Below, one piece after another: positions 61,950-64,000 of a stretch of 64,000 nucleotides of DNA. Origin of the DNA: Anaeramoeba ignava BMAN (lineage: Eukaryota > Protista > Anaeramoebae); the NCBI GenBank assembly GCA_028826165.1, contig JAPDFW010000114.1, forward strand, positions 930,001-994,000, in the 5' to 3' direction. A model generated the notes under the pieces. It was not told where the DNA came from. It saw nothing but the letters and a program-made list of their open reading frames with translations, and did no database searches. Position numbers and translations under genes: made by a program. Position 1 is the stretch's first letter. Each line of letters opens with the position of its first letter.

Positions 61950-64000
61950 TTAAATATTCTGGAATAAATGAAATGAACGAATCAAAGTGGAACGTAATTC
62001 ACTTGAATTTGTTTGTTTAAGTTCTTTATTAATAGTATCAAACAACTCTTGATGAATGATTTGATTGCAAATAACTTTATGAACATTTTCTAAAGAAACT
62101 GTAAAAAATCTTTCACTGATTGGAAAAGTTTCCACTAATATATCAGTATTACGAGTATTTAAATCAAGAACAGCCTTTGGAATTTGGTCTGATATAATCT
62201 GGAAATTAAACAAATCAAGCTCGTTTTGCAATCCATCTTGTAAATCTTGAGATTTTGAATGATGAGAAGAAAAAGAAGCAACAATATTGTTTGCATTTTG
62301 AGGATTTGGACCTAAAACAACAACTTCATCTCCCTTTTCAAGCGCAAATTGTTGTGTCTCAAAACTCGAGGACAAATTTACAGAATAAACAGGTGTTAAT
62401 AAGATATCCATATAATGAGATATTTTGGGCTGATAAATTTCAACCAAGTCATTGAAAATATGCATTGGCGATTCATCAGGAAAAGAAGAAAAATTAGCAA
62501 CAGTTTGAATGATCTTTGACGAGAGAATCAGACCTCGACGAAGCTTGGAAGAGATTTCATAGTTTCTTTCAGGGAAGAATCTTTCAGGAGCAGAAATTCC
62601 AGGGGAAAAAAAACGAAGAAAAATGATTCCTGAGATGAGTATATAATTTGCGCCCGAGAATTTCTCTGCTCCCTTGTCCTTTAGAAATATGCAGAGCTTG
62701 CGCAATATGATCGGACAATAATATACAGAGCGGAGAATATTGTCCATCAATGTTGTAACCAGCTTGGAAAGGTTTGCTTTGTTGCGCTCGAAATTTGAAT
62801 TTGGTGTTAAATTTGTTTCATAAACTTCATAATCAAGAGATTCGAATTTCTGCTTGTGCTTTGAAGACTGCTTTTCCGTATTATCTTTTTCATCCTGAGA
62901 TTCTTGATCGTTATCATTGACTATATTTTCGTCATGATACTCCAGAAGCTCTTCAATACTGACTCCTTGATTCATCGATAATTTTTGTTCTTGATCAATA
63001 ATTTCAAAAAGAGGTTGAATTGAACGATGAAGAAACTCCTTGCCATAAGCACGAAGCGCAGTTGCTATTATTTTTGCTGATACGCTGTTTTCTCTGAACA
63101 AAGTTGTCACATCCGTTATTCCAACAAGCTCGAATTCAACGACTTTTTCCAGAAAAAATAAAGTTTTCTGTTTAAATTCAAAAATGCTTAATAAATTTTT
63201 CCCCAATGTTTCCATTTCCTCAACACGAAAAACTCTTTTGGTCATGACAAGTACTGAGACCAAGGCGAGTTCTGGTGATAATACTAATTTCAGAAGGGAT
63301 TCTCTGTCGTCAGAAGAGAGCAGTTCTTTCTGGGAGTTTTTTAACATAACATTTGTAATTTGAGGAAAATAAGCGTCTTTTTTCACTTCTAATAATTCCT
63401 TAATATCCATTTTTTCGAAATTAAGTAAATCTCCAAATATTGATACTTGTTTCTTAATTGAATCATGATCTGGATGAATATTTGCAATTTCACACTGTGT
63501 TTTTCCCCATTCAATCAATCTTTGATAAATATCATATTCACTACTTTCTTTTGATTCAAGTAGCAAAATTTTCTTAATGGTTTCCATGCCTAATTTATCC
63601 ATTGAATTCGGTTTGTGTGAAAATAATTCAGCAGAATTTTCCTCAATAAAATCCATCGCAATTTTCATAAATTTTTCATGTTGATTAAGTTCTTTATTAG
63701 AAATGAGTGACAAACAATTTTCTGTATTGATTCTTTCTGCTATTTTTTTAGAACAAATTTTTTCAAGATTTTTCAGTTGATATTTATTCGCAACTCCAAC
63801 CGCTTGGGTCAAAAACGCAATATCCCTCTGACTAAAATCAGTATTTTGAGTGTAAATAAAATGAAGAATAAAATAAAAAACTGTGAAATCAACATCTGAA
63901 ATTTCAATTTCCTCAATTTTTCCAATTGTTTTGCGCCAATTTCCTTTGTAAAATTGTTGGTACCAAATAGGACTTGATGTTGCTAAAAGAAATTTGTGTG
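61950..64000 (-). CDS. BTB/BACK + RasGAP-domain protein (5' end outside the window)
   Basis: HKFLLATSSPIW (BTB) at the window end; TLFRENSVSAK, IIFLRFFSPGISAPE and RRGLILSSKIIQTVAN (RasGAP). Confidence 0.88.
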   Translation of the reverse strand, partial: HKFLLATSSPIWYQQFYKGNWRKTIGKIEEIEISDVDFTVFYFILHFIYTQNTDFSQRDIAFLTQAVGVANKYQLKNLEKICSKKIAERINTENCLSLISNKELNQHEKFMKIAMDFIEENSAELFSHKPNSMDKLGMETIKKILLLESKESSEYDIYQRLIEWGKTQCEIANIHPDHDSIKKQVSIFGDLLNFEKMDIKELLEVKKDAYFPQITNVMLKNSQKELLSSDDRESLLKLVLSPELALVSVLVMTKRVFRVEEMETLGKNLLSIFEFKQKTLFFLEKVVEFELVGITDVTTLFRENSVSAKIIATALRAYGKEFLHRSIQPLFEIIDQEQKLSMNQGVSIEELLEYHDENIVNDNDQESQDEKDNTEKQSSKHKQKFESLDYEVYETNLTPNSNFERNKANLSKLVTTLMDNILRSVYYCPIILRKLCIFLKDKGAEKFSGANYILISGIIFLRFFSPGISAPERFFPERNYEISSKLRRGLILSSKIIQTVANFSSFPDESPMHIFNDLVEIYQPKISHYMDILLTPVYSVNLSSSFETQQFALEKGDEVVVLGPNPQNANNIVASFSSHHSKSQDLQDGLQNELDLFNFQIISDQIPKAVLDLNTRNTDILVETFPISERFFTVSLENVHKVICNQIIHQELFDTINKELKQTNSSELRSTLIRSFHLFQNI

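Noticed and set aside
1-64000. tRNA, rRNA, transposase or an alternative genetic code
   Set aside because: None recognised. Long ORFs read cleanly in the standard code and end in TAA, TAG or TGA.

Overview
Very AT-rich, intron-containing eukaryotic DNA from an anaerobic protist with hydrogenosome-type organelles. It carries a spliced HydF with an N-terminal targeting-like leader and many ankyrin/BTB/TLDc/kelch genes; an Anaeramoeba-like metamonad is my inference. About 22 genes can be read, including a SAC9-like phosphatase, two divergent actins, BCP1, an AMPK/MARK-family kinase, PWP1, PTH2, three tandem methyltransferases, BDP1, HydF, VPS37 and a bacterial-type aminotransferase, separated by long micro- and minisatellites. 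The main signal lies in the apparently ORF-less regions 25.7-36.9 kb and 43.5-48.4 kb. These are ankyrin-repeat genes with one repeat per phase-0 exon, in which the inter-repeat beta-hairpin residues are encoded by single-codon (3-nt) microexons of the form AG|NNN|GT. I counted by hand about 88 microexons in a RING-pseudokinase-ARM-ankyrin gene, including uninterrupted arrays of 8, 7 and 31, and about 16 (plus two 6-nt ones) in an ankyrin-BTB gene. None is a stop codon. This looks like a splice-assembled, codon-resolution binding-loop library attached to ubiquitin-ligase modules, but splicing needs RNA confirmation. All exon models were read by eye.
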